Of a stretch of DNA of 64,000 nucleotides, positions 1-11,646 are shown one piece after another. The position numbers and the translations under genes were made by a program. Each line of letters begins with the position of its first letter. The first letter of the stretch is position 1. Origin of the DNA: Pseudovirgaria hyperparasitica (lineage: Eukaryota); NCBI GenBank assembly GCA_010093815.1, contig ML996567.1. One strand, 5' to 3'. The notes beneath the pieces were generated by a model that was not told the origin of the DNA, searched no databases, and worked only from the letters and a program-made list of their open reading frames with translations.

Positions 1-10
1 CTTATGGGTG

Positions 11-64
11 GGTAGGGAGGTAGGGAGGTAGGGAGGTAGGGAGGTAGGGAGGTAGGGAGGTAGG
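11..64. repeat. (GGTAGGGA)n tandem repeat, about 6.5 copies
   Basis: Directly visible perfect 8-bp repeat with G-runs. Confidence 0.95.
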
Positions 65-135
65 TATGTATGTATGTATGTATGTATGTATGTATGTATG
101 TATGTATGTATGTATGTATGTATGTATGTATGTAT
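64..135. repeat. (GTAT)18 microsatellite
   Basis: Directly visible; explains the spurious MYVC-repeat ORF 74..262. Confidence 0.97.
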
Positions 136-192
136 TTTGGTTTCATGTCTTGCATGTGAGTTCACTGGGGCGGGATTGTCTAGATATTTCGA

Positions 193-357
193 GTGCTTGT
201 TATGTCAAGTGTTGATTATTCCAACTGCTGACTATTCTGAGTACTATTGTACTAAATACTGATTATATTGAGTGCTGATTATCCTGAGTACTGATTATCT
301 GGAGAGTTGAGTATTCCAAGTGCTGACTATCCCCAGTGCTGACTACCCAAGTGCTGA
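193..357. repeat. Degenerate ~16-bp minisatellite, consensus ~GTGCTGAYTATYCYRA, about 10 copies
   Basis: Units such as gtgttgattattccaa (209), ctgctgactattctga (225), gtgctgattatcctga (272), gtactgattatctgga (288), gtgctgactatcccca (320). Confidence 0.8.
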
Positions 358-1611
358 GGTAAATTTTTGGAAAGACCAAGGAATACCAAACACGGGAAGC
401 TGCTCGGTAGTCTCTTCACATATGGGCCGTGTCATATCAAATCCGTCCCGTCTGTTCCGTTATCAGTTCAACTTTATGTTTTGTGGGCTGCTGACAGCGG
501 CGATATCCATCATGGCTATGATAGTCAAGGTTGACTCTGGAATGCAAGGGAGGTTTCGTGACTACAGTGCGAAGCTGACGGCAATAGGCAAGCTGCGAGC
601 CAACCATATGTGCATTGTGTGACGCAATGGCGATGAGTTCATGTGATTGAGGCCTCTATGGTTTCAGAATGTACTGTTGGTTCCCTATGATCGCCACTAT
701 CTCCACAATGATAGGCGGAGTCTCGGTATTTGACGATCTCATTGCCAGGTTGTCTGGCTTCGAAAGTGTCCAAGCCATCCTGTTCTACATTCACTTTTCG
801 AGTATATCAGCCAATCGCAATTATCGGAAGGTGTTGGATCGTGACGAGATTACCAATGAAGCGCTACAGTTGCACTATAAACTGTGCCCCAAATGGTTCG
901 CTGTGTGATATTTCTCATAGTATCTCGCGACTAGATAGGTGTTGTACTGTTTGCATACTATTTGGTATTAGGGTCTATCTCTGCGGAAATCACGCCACTC
1001 ATTTATGCTTGGCAAACGGCAGGAGATACGAAGAGAAAGCGATTAGTTCGGTCGAAAAAGTCCGAGGCGATTGGACTATGATAACATCACTCGATGCGTA
1101 GCTCCTTTCGTTCGTCGGCATGTATACCGGGATTGTATGAATGAAATAGGGATGTAGTAGTCGCTATAGGTACTAACCGGCTGACGGTCTGAAGTCACGT
1201 CATCGGGCTGTTCCTATACGGACCCAACACCAGGATCCGCTGTATCGGGGCAGGGGCTGCTCTAGGATACGATCTTGCTTGCTATCCTAGCTGGAACTCT
1301 TATGCACGATCGCTTCTGTCTTGCATTTCTGGACCGCCGACACCCACAGAAGACGCGAAGAGTGGGGCAAGTCGGCCGACGTTATCGATATGCATACACA
1401 TGATTGGAAAGAAAGAGCTCGGAGAGAGCGCCGAAGAGGGTAACGGAAACATGTTGGCTGTTGGTAAATACGGGTTTGCCGACATGAGCCACGTACAGAA
1501 GGAAGAATTCAGCCCGGTGTGTTGGAGTAGGGCCGTGATAAGGCCACACGGCTTATACTTAGGTGAGATGGCGGACGCGTTGCTGATGGATGTATGGTCA
1601 GTGGTATGTGC

Positions 1612-1647
1612 GTGAGTGAGTGAGTGAGTGAGTGAGTGAGTGAGTGA
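1612..1647. repeat. (GTGA)9 microsatellite
   Basis: Directly visible. Confidence 0.95.
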
Positions 1648-2675
1648 GAGTGGAGTGCTGATGAAAAAAGCAAAATACCTGGTGGTGGCATGGTAGGGCG
1701 GGAAGAATAGTCCATGCGATTTAGACCTCCATCATCTCCGTCCAAGAAAGTGATGAGCGGGATCTACTAACCGGTTATAGACTAGCTCTTCAGCCTTAAA
1801 TCCACGTCTGTCAACTCGATCTTCCCCAGTCACGAGCTCCTCTATCATCTTCACTCTATCATGACTCTCAAGTTTATGATTGCACGGAGGCGCTATTTCC
1901 GCGGTTTAGCATTATACGACACGCGATCAGGGTTCCCTTACAACGCTACGGTTTCCGTCTCCTGTCGCAATGATGAACCCATCTCTCCGAACAAAGGCAA
2001 TCCCTGCCGCCGCACAGGATGTGCGGTTTCCCAACTTCTCCTGCCGCGCGGTATCTGGCGCAAGGCGCTAAGCGGTAATTCCTAGCGTTGGAGGCGGGGA
2101 GATGGCGGACGAATTTTGAACAGAGCAGCTGAACGTAAATAATGATACGGTCTCATAGCCTGACTCGCTCGCTCCATGAATCATTCCAGAGGCCTAAGCA
2201 CGTTCTATGATAAAGATTCAGGGGATGCCTCCGACTGACTAGCTCAGACATGTCATACGAGCTTGGCTAGGTCAAAGATAGGCCAATACAGACAAGATAC
2301 CAGGATTCGACTTACTCATATGCTTTCTGAGTCGTAATAGTAGAGAGCGTGAAGAGAGAAGATTGGATGCCCTAGTGTCAGAACTACGACTCCTCATACT
2401 GACTAAAAGTCACCTTTCTTTGGCATGAAGCGGCGACAACCAATGGGTACCTTCATCACTATTTTGTGATCGTATCTCGGCCCATGTTCTCAGCTAGTAG
2501 GAAAGTAAACTGCGCTGGGATCCCATTAGTGGATAGTGGCGATTGGCGAGAAGAGCTATGGATTCCGTAAATGGGAAATGGATCACTCCTGCTCTCGAGC
2601 TTGAAACCCAATCTGGTGGACGCGACTCGGATGTGACAGGAGACCTTGACGAAACTCAAAATGTAGGTTTTGCAA

Positions 2676-2683
2676 TATAAAAG
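2676..2683 (+). promoter_or_regulatory. Putative TATA box of the O-methyltransferase gene
   Basis: TATAAAAG about 245 nt upstream of ATG 2923. Confidence 0.45.
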
Positions 2684-2922
2684 AGTGCTCTCACGCTGTA
2701 CTACTCTTCAGCGACAGAAAAAGAAGCCATCCATCTAGCAATTCTACGTCTACTTTCAATAAAGCTCTACTGAATTCCCATACCTAAGGGACTACTTTTT
2801 CCTTGTTATACTAGTGGTGTAAGATTTATCCATCGAGAGACACGCTTCTGCCGGTCCGAAACGTATATCACTCACCTTTTTCAAGCACATACAAGGAATT
2901 ATAACCAGTCCAAGTATCGAAA

Positions 2923-4495
2923 ATGTCTACTGTTACTCTGGAGGAGCCGCCTATGGAAGCTCCACAGCGTCTAGCAACCATCAAGACAGACGAAAACAGC
3001 GAGGTTGCTTCCAAAATCATGGCTCAGTTCCATGCCCTGCCAACACCTGTTGAAGATAATCCATTACTAAAGACTCCATGTAAAGATGCTCTCAATGGCA
3101 CTACATTCCTTCCGCCACTGGTCATGGATACACCGCCAGAAAGTCCAGTCGTGTGTGAGAAGCCCCAAACCGTGTTATCAAACCTCCACGATGGACCAGT
3201 TTCTCCAGAGCATAAGAAGATGCACCCGCCCTCTTCCGGCTTCTTACCTCTCGAGCCACCAAGCCTGACGTCCCTGATCCAATCCATGAGCGACAAAGAC
3301 CCCTACAACACTCTTGACAAAGCCTTGATCCTTGATAGTGCGAGGGAGATCGTTCGCCAACTCGAAAACCCCGGTGAGAGAGCAATGGAGCTCCTCATGT
3401 CCTTCTCCATAGTTCCCATCCTCAAGATCGCCGTCGACATGGACATCTTCCAGCTTCTCGCTACCCACTCGGAGCTAACCGCCTCCCAAATCGCCCGTTT
3501 CTCCGGCGCCGAAGAAGAATTCGTCGGTAAGTACACCTCCTCTCTCTCCCACTCATCCTCCCCCCTGACCACTACCCGCAGTCCGCATAATGCGCGTCCT
3601 CGCCTCTCTCCACATCACTACCATCACCAGTCCCCGTACATACACGCACACTCCACTCTCCCAAACCTTTACAGCACCCCCTCTCGCCGCCGGAATCTCC
3701 GTCGTCCACGAGCAAGCCTTCCGCGCCGCCTCACGACTCCCCGAGTATATCGCTGCTCACGGATACCACAACCCCTCCAATCCACGCACCGGCCCCTATC
3801 AATTCGCCTTCAACACCTTCGACTCGTGGTTTGAATGGCTTGCCATACGCCCACGCGCCGCCGCCAACTTCAATGCCTTCATGACCGGCTACCGCGCCGC
3901 CAAACCCGCGTGGGCGGCCCTCTTCCCCGTCGAAGACTTGCTGTTTCAAGGATTACCGGATGCCAACCACGCAGACGTCACAGTCGTCGACGTCGGCGGC
4001 GGTTTCGGGCATGACCTTCACATCCTCGCTGAGCACTGCGCGCGCAAGCCAGGGCGACTGATCTGTCAAGACCAAGCCTCCGTAGTAGGATCAGTGCCAG
4101 CCGCACTGCGTGACCAAGCGCCACGCGTCGAGTTTATGACACACGACTTCTTCACGCCGCAGCCGATCCACGGCGCACGCGCGTATGTGCTGAAGCATAT
4201 CTGCCACGACTGGCCGCATGAGATGGCCGTGCAGATTCTGCGAAATATCCGGGGCGCGATGACGCCTGGGTATAGCAAGTTGTTTATTTTGGATCTTGTC
4301 ATGCCGCAGGGTCGTGTGGGGCTTCCGGCAGCGGGGCTGGATGTTGTCATGATGTCGGGCTTTGCGGGCACGGAGAGGGAGGAGAGGTTGTGGAGGGAGT
4401 TGGTGGAGGAGGCGGGCTTGAGGGTTGCTGGGGTGTGGGTTGGGGAGGATGGAGATGGGTTGTTGGAGGTTGTGTTTGATGGTGAGATGATTTAG
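2923..4495 (+). CDS. SAM-dependent O-methyltransferase (fungal class II / OmtA-like), 2 exons
   Basis: Intron 3527-3581 (GTAAGT...CTGAC...CAG) joins the two ORFs in frame (EEEFV|VRIMRVL); motifs VVDVGGGFGH, THDFFTPQP, YVLKHICHDWP, GTEREERLW. Confidence 0.92.
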
Positions 4496-5554
4496 AGGGT
4501 GGTGATATAGGATGTGATGTGAGTGGTGGGGGTTGACGATGTATGGATGGATGCTTTCAGGGGCAATGATTTCGTGGATTTCTAGACGTTGAAGAGATGG
4601 ATGTGTCGAATCTTAAGAAGTGTGGAGCTTACAATGCAACATCTGTATTCAGGGTATCTTAGCTTACCGACACTGAGGTCTACCTGTACTGAGTGAGGTC
4701 CACTTCTCGATATGTCTTCTTACTATCTCTCTTTCCTCTCCTCAAAAGGAACCATGGTATTAGTATCTAATCATACTATATACTAATTATAGGCCTACGC
4801 CATAAATCACGCGGACAAGACAGAACGAATAAGTCATGACATAAAGCTAGTACATAGACACACTCATACCTATTAGAATGACCTATCTTGAAAGATTTGA
4901 AAAGTCATGATAGGCTTATGTAAGACTTCTATGAGTGGTTGTGAATCGTGGCGTTATATATTTTAGCGTAAATTATGTATCGGAACACTGTGGCTGAGTC
5001 GGTAGAGCTAGTGTCAGCCTGAGGCAGCAATAGTGCCCCAACGGGACGAATTCATTACATGGATGAGTAGAGATGATTGAATGACTTAACAATTACACGT
5101 GGTCAAATGGAAGCGTCAAGTATCCTTCAACAGTGACTATATATATACGTATATATATATATCTACTTTGCTGCCTGTTGTACCTATTTCCGGCCTGTGC
5201 ATTGGGCACAGATCGCGATGAATTAGCTGCGTCGCTGGCGAGTACTAGCCCCACCACGCGCGCATCGTCATCATCCCGCTGCTCATCTTCATCACAATAA
5301 CATTCACTTCCCCTGGCCCTCTTGCCACATCTCTTTTGCTACACACGCCCACAACGTTTGGCATCATTCACAGCTACAACAGCAGCTACTATACACTGTA
5401 CATCACAGCCAGCATATGTATATCTTATATATCTCCTTCGGACCCCCGCATCTGCATCCTGCGCCTCGCTTCTGTTAATCCGGCCCTTCTCCCCCACGCC
5501 GACAATCCTTGAGCCCTGAGGCCTCACGCGAGTCCGAGACTACCTCAGGCCTGC

Positions 5555-6997
5555 ATGCTGCATACTCCAATCAAATTCCGATTTGCAATTACCGCCAGCC
5601 TGTCGCCTATCGCTACACGCGCCGTGTCGTCTCCACCAAATACCGCCAAACTGAACCAACTTCGCAGCCTCCGCGAGAAGGCTGCTCGCAACAGCCGTAA
5701 CCGTCTGGCGAAGCTGAAGACTCCGTTGCCCTTCTCTAATAACGCCTCGATGGCCGACCAGTCTTCCCCTCAGAGTCCCCTTCCCTCCTCTCCAGAAAGT
5801 ACCATGTCATCTACTGCCGCTAGCGTTGTCACCGCCCCGGAGATACAAGACCAGGCTGAAGATAGGGATCCGGACGGGGCTATCTCACAACCGAGCAGTA
5901 GACCTCCTTCGCCAGGACGTCTGCGCATACCAGCCAGAAGGAGTGATTCACGAAGTCCCTCGAGACCACGTACAAATCCAAACGACCCATATCCACACTT
6001 CCTCCTACAGTCGAAATCAGGTAGGAAGGCTGTCTACATAAATGACGTTTAGGAGCTGACTGCAAGTCTAGAAATCAAGAAGCGTTTCGAGTCACTGGAA
6101 TGGACACAACGCCAGCTGCCACATGACAACGCCCTATCAGAGGAACCCTACGACGAGAACTTGAAGAAGATTATCAATTCTAGGAACCGATACGTCAATG
6201 TTGACGCCTATCCCTACAACCGCGTCCTACTGCAGGTCGACGAAGATGCCTGCGACTATATCAACGCCTCCCCAATCACCCTCGAACGCTTCGACGGCGA
6301 TGAACAACCGAGCCGCTGCATCGCCACACAAGGTCCGAAAGACATCACCGTGGGCCATTTCTGGCACATGATTTTCACCGAGTCCACCTCTACAGCAATC
6401 ATAGTTATGCTCACAAAAGTTGCCGAGGGCGGACGCGAGAAGTGTGCCGACTATCTGCCCTCACACGAACCTGCCTCCATTTACTCCAACGAGCACCTTG
6501 AAGAGCCAGACTATACCGTAATACCAGGAACGTCAGATCTTGACGCTACAACGGGCTGCTACCATCGCGACCTGACTCTCCGCCACGAAGCAACCCAAGA
6601 AACGCGGCGCATCATGCACTACGCATTCGAATCATGGCCAGACTTTTCTGTTCCCGACGCTAACGCCAAGAAACAACTCGCTGCTCTCGTCAATGAAGTT
6701 CGCCGTGTCACCGCTGAGAATCCTGACAGTCCACGCGTCGTACACTGCAGTGCGGGTGTCGGTCGAAGCGGGACTTTTATTGCCCTGGACTTTCTCTTCA
6801 GACTGATGCGCGAAGAGAGACTGAAAAAGAGCACAGTCGACGAGAAGCAGGATCCTATATACAATGCCGTGGAGCAGATGAGGAAGCAACGCGTAATGAT
6901 GGTGCAGAACGAGGTCCAGTACGCCTTGATCTATGAGGTTGTCAGAGAGGAAATGCTGAGAATGTGGGACTCTGGGGAGTTGGGTAGGGAGTCGTGA
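5555..6997 (+). CDS. Classical protein tyrosine phosphatase (Ptp1-like), 2 exons; start uncertain (5555, 5750 or 5804)
   Basis: Intron 6021-6071 (GTAGGA...GCTGAC...TAG); motifs RNRY, YINAS, IATQGP, WPD loop, catalytic HCSAGVGRS, Q-loop MMVQ. Confidence 0.92.
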
Positions 6998-7850
6998 TTC
7001 CCTCTGCATACGAAACGGTTGGACTTTTGGGGTATATATCACTTGCATTGCATCGCATGGAACGGGGAATATGGCGCGCGCGCGGGATCACTGCATTTGC
7101 TTGAAACTGGGACGGATTGTGGCGAGGAAGCATGCACACACGCATATGTATTGATGAACCTTCACGACAAACCCCGATAGAGTAGAGTAGCAATACCAAA
7201 TACGAGCGCCTGCAACAACGCGCCAGACTTCATCATATCGCTTGCAAGCCTGCCCATCTCGCTTACTATAGCACGCTCATGATACCAGCCAGCATCCTCT
7301 TCCTCCTGATTACCGTAATCCTCATTGCATACGCATACTCGCACCACAATTCCCGTTCCATGTCCCATTCCCATGCCCATCCCATACATGTATGATGTCC
7401 AGTCAGCGCCCACCCATGTTCGTAGTCCTCTTACCAATCCAATCCAACCCTGATACACTCCAACCCACCACAGTCCAAACCAAGTTAATTTCAAGTTCCA
7501 CTCTACGCAAGGACCCTGTTGTTGGGGATTTTCCTTTCTAGTTTTCGGTCCCAGTGCGTGCCGGAAATGCTTTTGATCAAATGACGCGCTAGACTGATAT
7601 ACTAGATAGCCACTAGGCTGGATTGCGCTAGACCATACTAGAGCGAGCTAGACCGAATGGGGAAGTACGCGGCCGAACGACCGACGAGCGAGCGAGCTCG
7701 AAGCGAGTTTCGAGCGCGGACGAGAGAAGAAAGGAGAGAGAAAGAGGGAAGGGGATGCTGATCCCAACGGGACTGGGTTGTTGTTTTTTGGGGGCTGAGA
7801 TGATTTTGGGTTTTGGAGCGGTGTGGGAGTGGGAGGGGATGAGAGGGGTG

Positions 7851-7858
7851 TATATAAA
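7851..7858 (+). promoter_or_regulatory. Putative TATA box of the dienelactone hydrolase gene
   Basis: TATATAAA about 225 nt upstream of ATG 8077. Confidence 0.45.
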
Positions 7859-8076
7859 GGGATGGAAAGGTACCTGGTGGTTTGGTTGAGTCTGTTGTGA
7901 TATTCTATCAGACTTTTTCACATCTTGATACCAAACAGAGAGCGACGTTAGAATACGGCTTCGCGTGTATAGTATCGACTGCCCCGAGCAACGTATATAC
8001 ATACTCTCAAACATATACAACCACACACACCGACACCCATATACACACGCACATACTGTAAACACAACATCCCACA

Positions 8077-8940
8077 ATGGACGCATCCAACCCAGCCTGC
8101 GAGCACTGCATCCAGGGCACCATCCACACAGGTCAGCCCACCGGCAGCGAAGCCAGCCTCCACGACCTAAACGTCTACATCGCAAACCCACCGAGCGGCA
8201 CGACGCCCAAGGCCATCATCGTAATATACACCGACGTCTTTGGGCTGCCCCTGCCAAACAACAAGCTGATCGCAGACGCGTACGCACGAGCAGGCTACCA
8301 GGTCTACATGCCCGATTTCTTCAAGGGCGACCCGGTGGCACTCGACATAGCAGACGTGCTGCTGCCCGTGGACGCCGGGGCGCAGTGTGCGCTGCGCAAG
8401 TACACGGGGATGCTGGCCAAGGGGCCGAGTTTCGTCATGTGGATGACGCGGCATGGCGAGAAGAAGACGAACGAGGTGTGTATGGCGTGGCTGCGGAAGC
8501 TGCGGGCGGCGACGCCTGCGAGCACGAAGATTGGCATGGTCGGGTTCTGCTGGGGCGGCAAGTATGCGATTCGGGCTGGGCTGGCGGCGAATCGGGTGGC
8601 TGTTGATGGGAGGGGAGAGGTGCCGCTTGTGGATGCGGTGGTGGCGCTGCATCCGTCGCATCTGGCTGTGCCGGGGGATGTTGAGGGGTTGGTTGTGCCT
8701 GTGAGCTATGGGTGGGGCTTGAAGGATGAGGGTGTGAGTATTGCGACGAAGGGCAAGGTAGAGGATGTGCATGCGGGGTTGAGAGCAAAGGGTAGTAAGG
8801 TGCCCGAGATGGAGCATCGTGTCTATGAGCCGGGACGGCATGGCTTCGCTGTCAGGGGAAATCCGGATGATCCACAGGAGAGGAAGGCGTTGGAGGATTC
8901 AGAGAAGCAGGCTCTGGAGTGGATGGATAAGCATCTTTGA
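8077..8940 (+). CDS. Dienelactone hydrolase family alpha/beta hydrolase
   Basis: Intronless 287 aa ORF; N-terminal CEHC..G..H.G.P.G, DVFG, PDFF, nucleophile GFCWGG, HPS, HGFAVRG. Confidence 0.92.
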   Translation: MDASNPACEHCIQGTIHTGQPTGSEASLHDLNVYIANPPSGTTPKAIIVIYTDVFGLPLPNNKLIADAYARAGYQVYMPDFFKGDPVALDIADVLLPVDAGAQCALRKYTGMLAKGPSFVMWMTRHGEKKTNEVCMAWLRKLRAATPASTKIGMVGFCWGGKYAIRAGLAANRVAVDGRGEVPLVDAVVALHPSHLAVPGDVEGLVVPVSYGWGLKDEGVSIATKGKVEDVHAGLRAKGSKVPEMEHRVYEPGRHGFAVRGNPDDPQERKALEDSEKQALEWMDKHL

Positions 8941-9100
8941 GTATGTTGAGTTTGATTTCGCATAAGCGCTGGAAGCTCGGGTTTGCCCGTGTGCTTCAGA
9001 ATAGACCGACCTTAAATCCACGGTGAGATAGATCATCTAATGCTCTTACTCCCTTATCAAAAATTACGACTAGCTGTTCATGTCGTCCGAATAGGTGAGC

Positions 9101-11646
9101 TCAACCCATGCCTCCGGTAGATTTGATCCAGTCGTACCAGTCAACGTCGAGGTCCATGTTCGTATCAGCAGCTGCAAAGTTAAGGTTAGCAGCACCAAGA
9201 GACGGATCCTCGTTTTGCCACAACCATGCAGGGAAACTGGGATCAATAGGCCATGCTGTGCTAGAGGGGTCTACTATGCCGGATTCCTGCCATACGGGGT
9301 ATTGAATTATGTTCTCACTGCCCGTTTCCATTGGCATAGTGTTGTACAAGAGGTCAAGATCGTGTGGCATGGGTCCATGAGCGTACACATCGCCTTGGAG
9401 TGGATACCCTTGGAGGCCTTGCGTTGAAGGCGTATTTGTGGCAGTTGGAGTTGGTGCTGTCATAGGCTCAGGCTCTTGAACAGACCTGGCTTGGGTGGAG
9501 ATTCCCAAGACCCGGCGCCAGCGTTCTCTATAGACCTCAGTAACATCAAATACTCCCGTGAAAAGACCAGGGCTCGATGGACAGGGCAACGTTTCGTCAC
9601 TTTTCAACAGCAGAGAAGCTGCCTCGGCATCACTTCTAAGCCGACCTAGCTCGGAGTCGCGGTGTTTTCTCGCCTTGGCTAGCAGCTTGCGCAGCGGTAC
9701 CCAAATCTGAGATGTTTTGTCAGCTTTCGATTGAGCCGGAATGAGCCATGGGCTGTGAAGTGCAAGCCAGGCTCGTTCAACAAGAGGTGACCATGGCCGT
9801 CGAGACACCTCCAACAAGATGAAGATGATTGCCCAAAAATGGGAATATACTTGATAGACCCATCGCCAACGACGACCAGCTGGTTCCTCGTTCAACTCAT
9901 GGTTATACTCGGCAATCTCCAGACCTGCTACGAACAAACGATTCCTGAGCTCTGCGGTGAGTCGTTGGTCTGTCTCGGAAAACAGGATCGGCATGTGTAT
10001 GAGGAGCGTCATCTTTGCCATGACGATGCGCGCAATCACAACACCGATACGATACACAGCATCGCTGGATTCGTCCATGTACCGCAGTAATCCACCGTTC
10101 AGCTTCTGGTAAGCCTCGTCCATCATGTGGTCTTGCTCTGCCATGTCTAGCGCTCCGCTAGTGCTTTTGTTCATCATCTGCTTCGTTGCTTCGCTCATCT
10201 CTAACCATACAAGGGGGTATGTCATATCAGTCAGACCGTCACGAGCCTTTGGGGAGGTCTTAGTATCAGGGCTGATGTCTGTATCATTAATGTTGAGAGG
10301 AAATTTGGTGTCAAAACTGCCATTTACGATTGTATACTCCATTCCCTGGTCTTCTGAGGATCTGATATCCATCGTGTATAGGACCCACCAGACTCTTCGT
10401 CTCATCTCGACTTCAAATGGTGTCATGTGCTCAAAACGAGATCCGTCCCGTTGCAGTCCAATGGCTTGTGCCATCCGAATGACGATACCGGTCATCATCC
10501 ATACAAACCTCGGACTGTCGTGACGGCGAGCCAGGCTTATGAATATGGTGAGAGCCTGTACGAGCGTCAAGTCTGGCGCATTGAGGAAATCGGCCTTGGC
10601 AAGGGCATTTTCCAACCCCATGCGATATTTCAGGCTGAGGTCAATCTTTGGAACGCCAAAGTTGGACAACACATCTTCCTCTTCCATAGATACCACTACT
10701 GCGTAGTATATTGAAAATGCTAAAGATTCGTCCGAAGGACTCAAGCCAGTCTTTTGGGAGTCGCGTAGCATCTTCGCCACTGTGGGACAATGAATAAGTC
10801 CGCTGATCGAGTTGACATTTTCCTGGAAGATGTCAAGAAGATACGGAATTTGTGACGGTAGTGGATGCAACTCTCGCAAATCAGGCCCTGTCATGTTTAG
10901 GTTCTGCTTGAACAAAAATGCGTTTCGGTTCCACGGTGTCCGATCAATTTCATCGTTTGTCAATGAAGTGGCAGGCAGTTCGTCATCCTCTGAATCAGAG
11001 GATCTGTCCGGAAGCAGTCCACGACTATCGTTCTCGAGGCCATCAAGCTGGTATGATTTGTCAATCAACTCATCGTCGCCAAATGCAGACTCCCGGCCGA
11101 ACATACCTCATCATATATTCGAGACCAGAACCCGCTGCTGACATATCGACCGCCACGTGCATCTTTGACCACCATTCTCCCAAACTTATCGCTCAGATTC
11201 CCAGCGTCAGAACCAGAAACCCCAGCCTCGCGATTGGTGCCACCATCATTCGCAGAACCCCTGGGAGAACTCTCATTTGGCGAGCTTCCGGTAGAGGACC
11301 CAGCGGCAACATTCGCGCGCTCCAGCTGTCCTCGTAAGTCTTTGACGAGACTTTCGAGACCCTTCAAGCGTTTCAGGACTTGGGGAGTCGCAGCGTCAGC
11401 TATCTCTGATTCTGCGTGTTTTGAGGCAGATCCGGTCCCAGCCCGCTCGTAACGGCGAGCCCACCTAACAGGCCGTTCTGTAGATGGGAAAATGCAAGGA
11501 ACGCCTGCGCGACGGCAGTTTGAGCAGGGTGACTCCTTGTTGCAGCGGACCTTTCGCGTGTAACAAGTCACGCAGCTACGGGTTTTCGACGGCGGTCCGC
11601 TCTTGTCAGAAGACCGGCCAGCATTGTCGTGGTCTACCCTAGGCAT
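9101..11646 (-). CDS. Zn(II)2Cys6 transcription factor with fungal-specific TF middle domain, 2 exons
   Basis: CVTCYTRKVRCNKESPCSNCRRAGVPC cluster; intron 11106-11048 (GTATGT...CAG) joins FWSRIYDE|LDGLE; AQAIGLQRDG and EMRRRVWW motifs. Confidence 0.93.

Noticed and set aside
11..64. Telomere repeat
   Set aside because: The unit is GGTAGGGA rather than TTAGGG, the tract is short, and the G-rich strand has the wrong orientation for a left chromosome end.
74..262. ORF with MYVC repeats
   Set aside because: Translation of the (GTAT)n microsatellite.
193..357. CRISPR-like periodicity
   Set aside because: Units are adjacent and degenerate with no unique spacers, and the context is eukaryotic with no cas genes.
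669..1101. Short ORFs possibly from a decayed gene
   Set aside because: No recognisable motif or splice structure.
1794..1806. 13-mer CCTTAAATCCACG also found near 9010
   Set aside because: A shared 13-mer is expected by chance many times in 64 kb and does not extend.
7628..8841. Several overlapping ORFs of 187-224 aa around the hydrolase
   Set aside because: Shadow frames of a GC-rich gene; only 8077-8940 carries family motifs.
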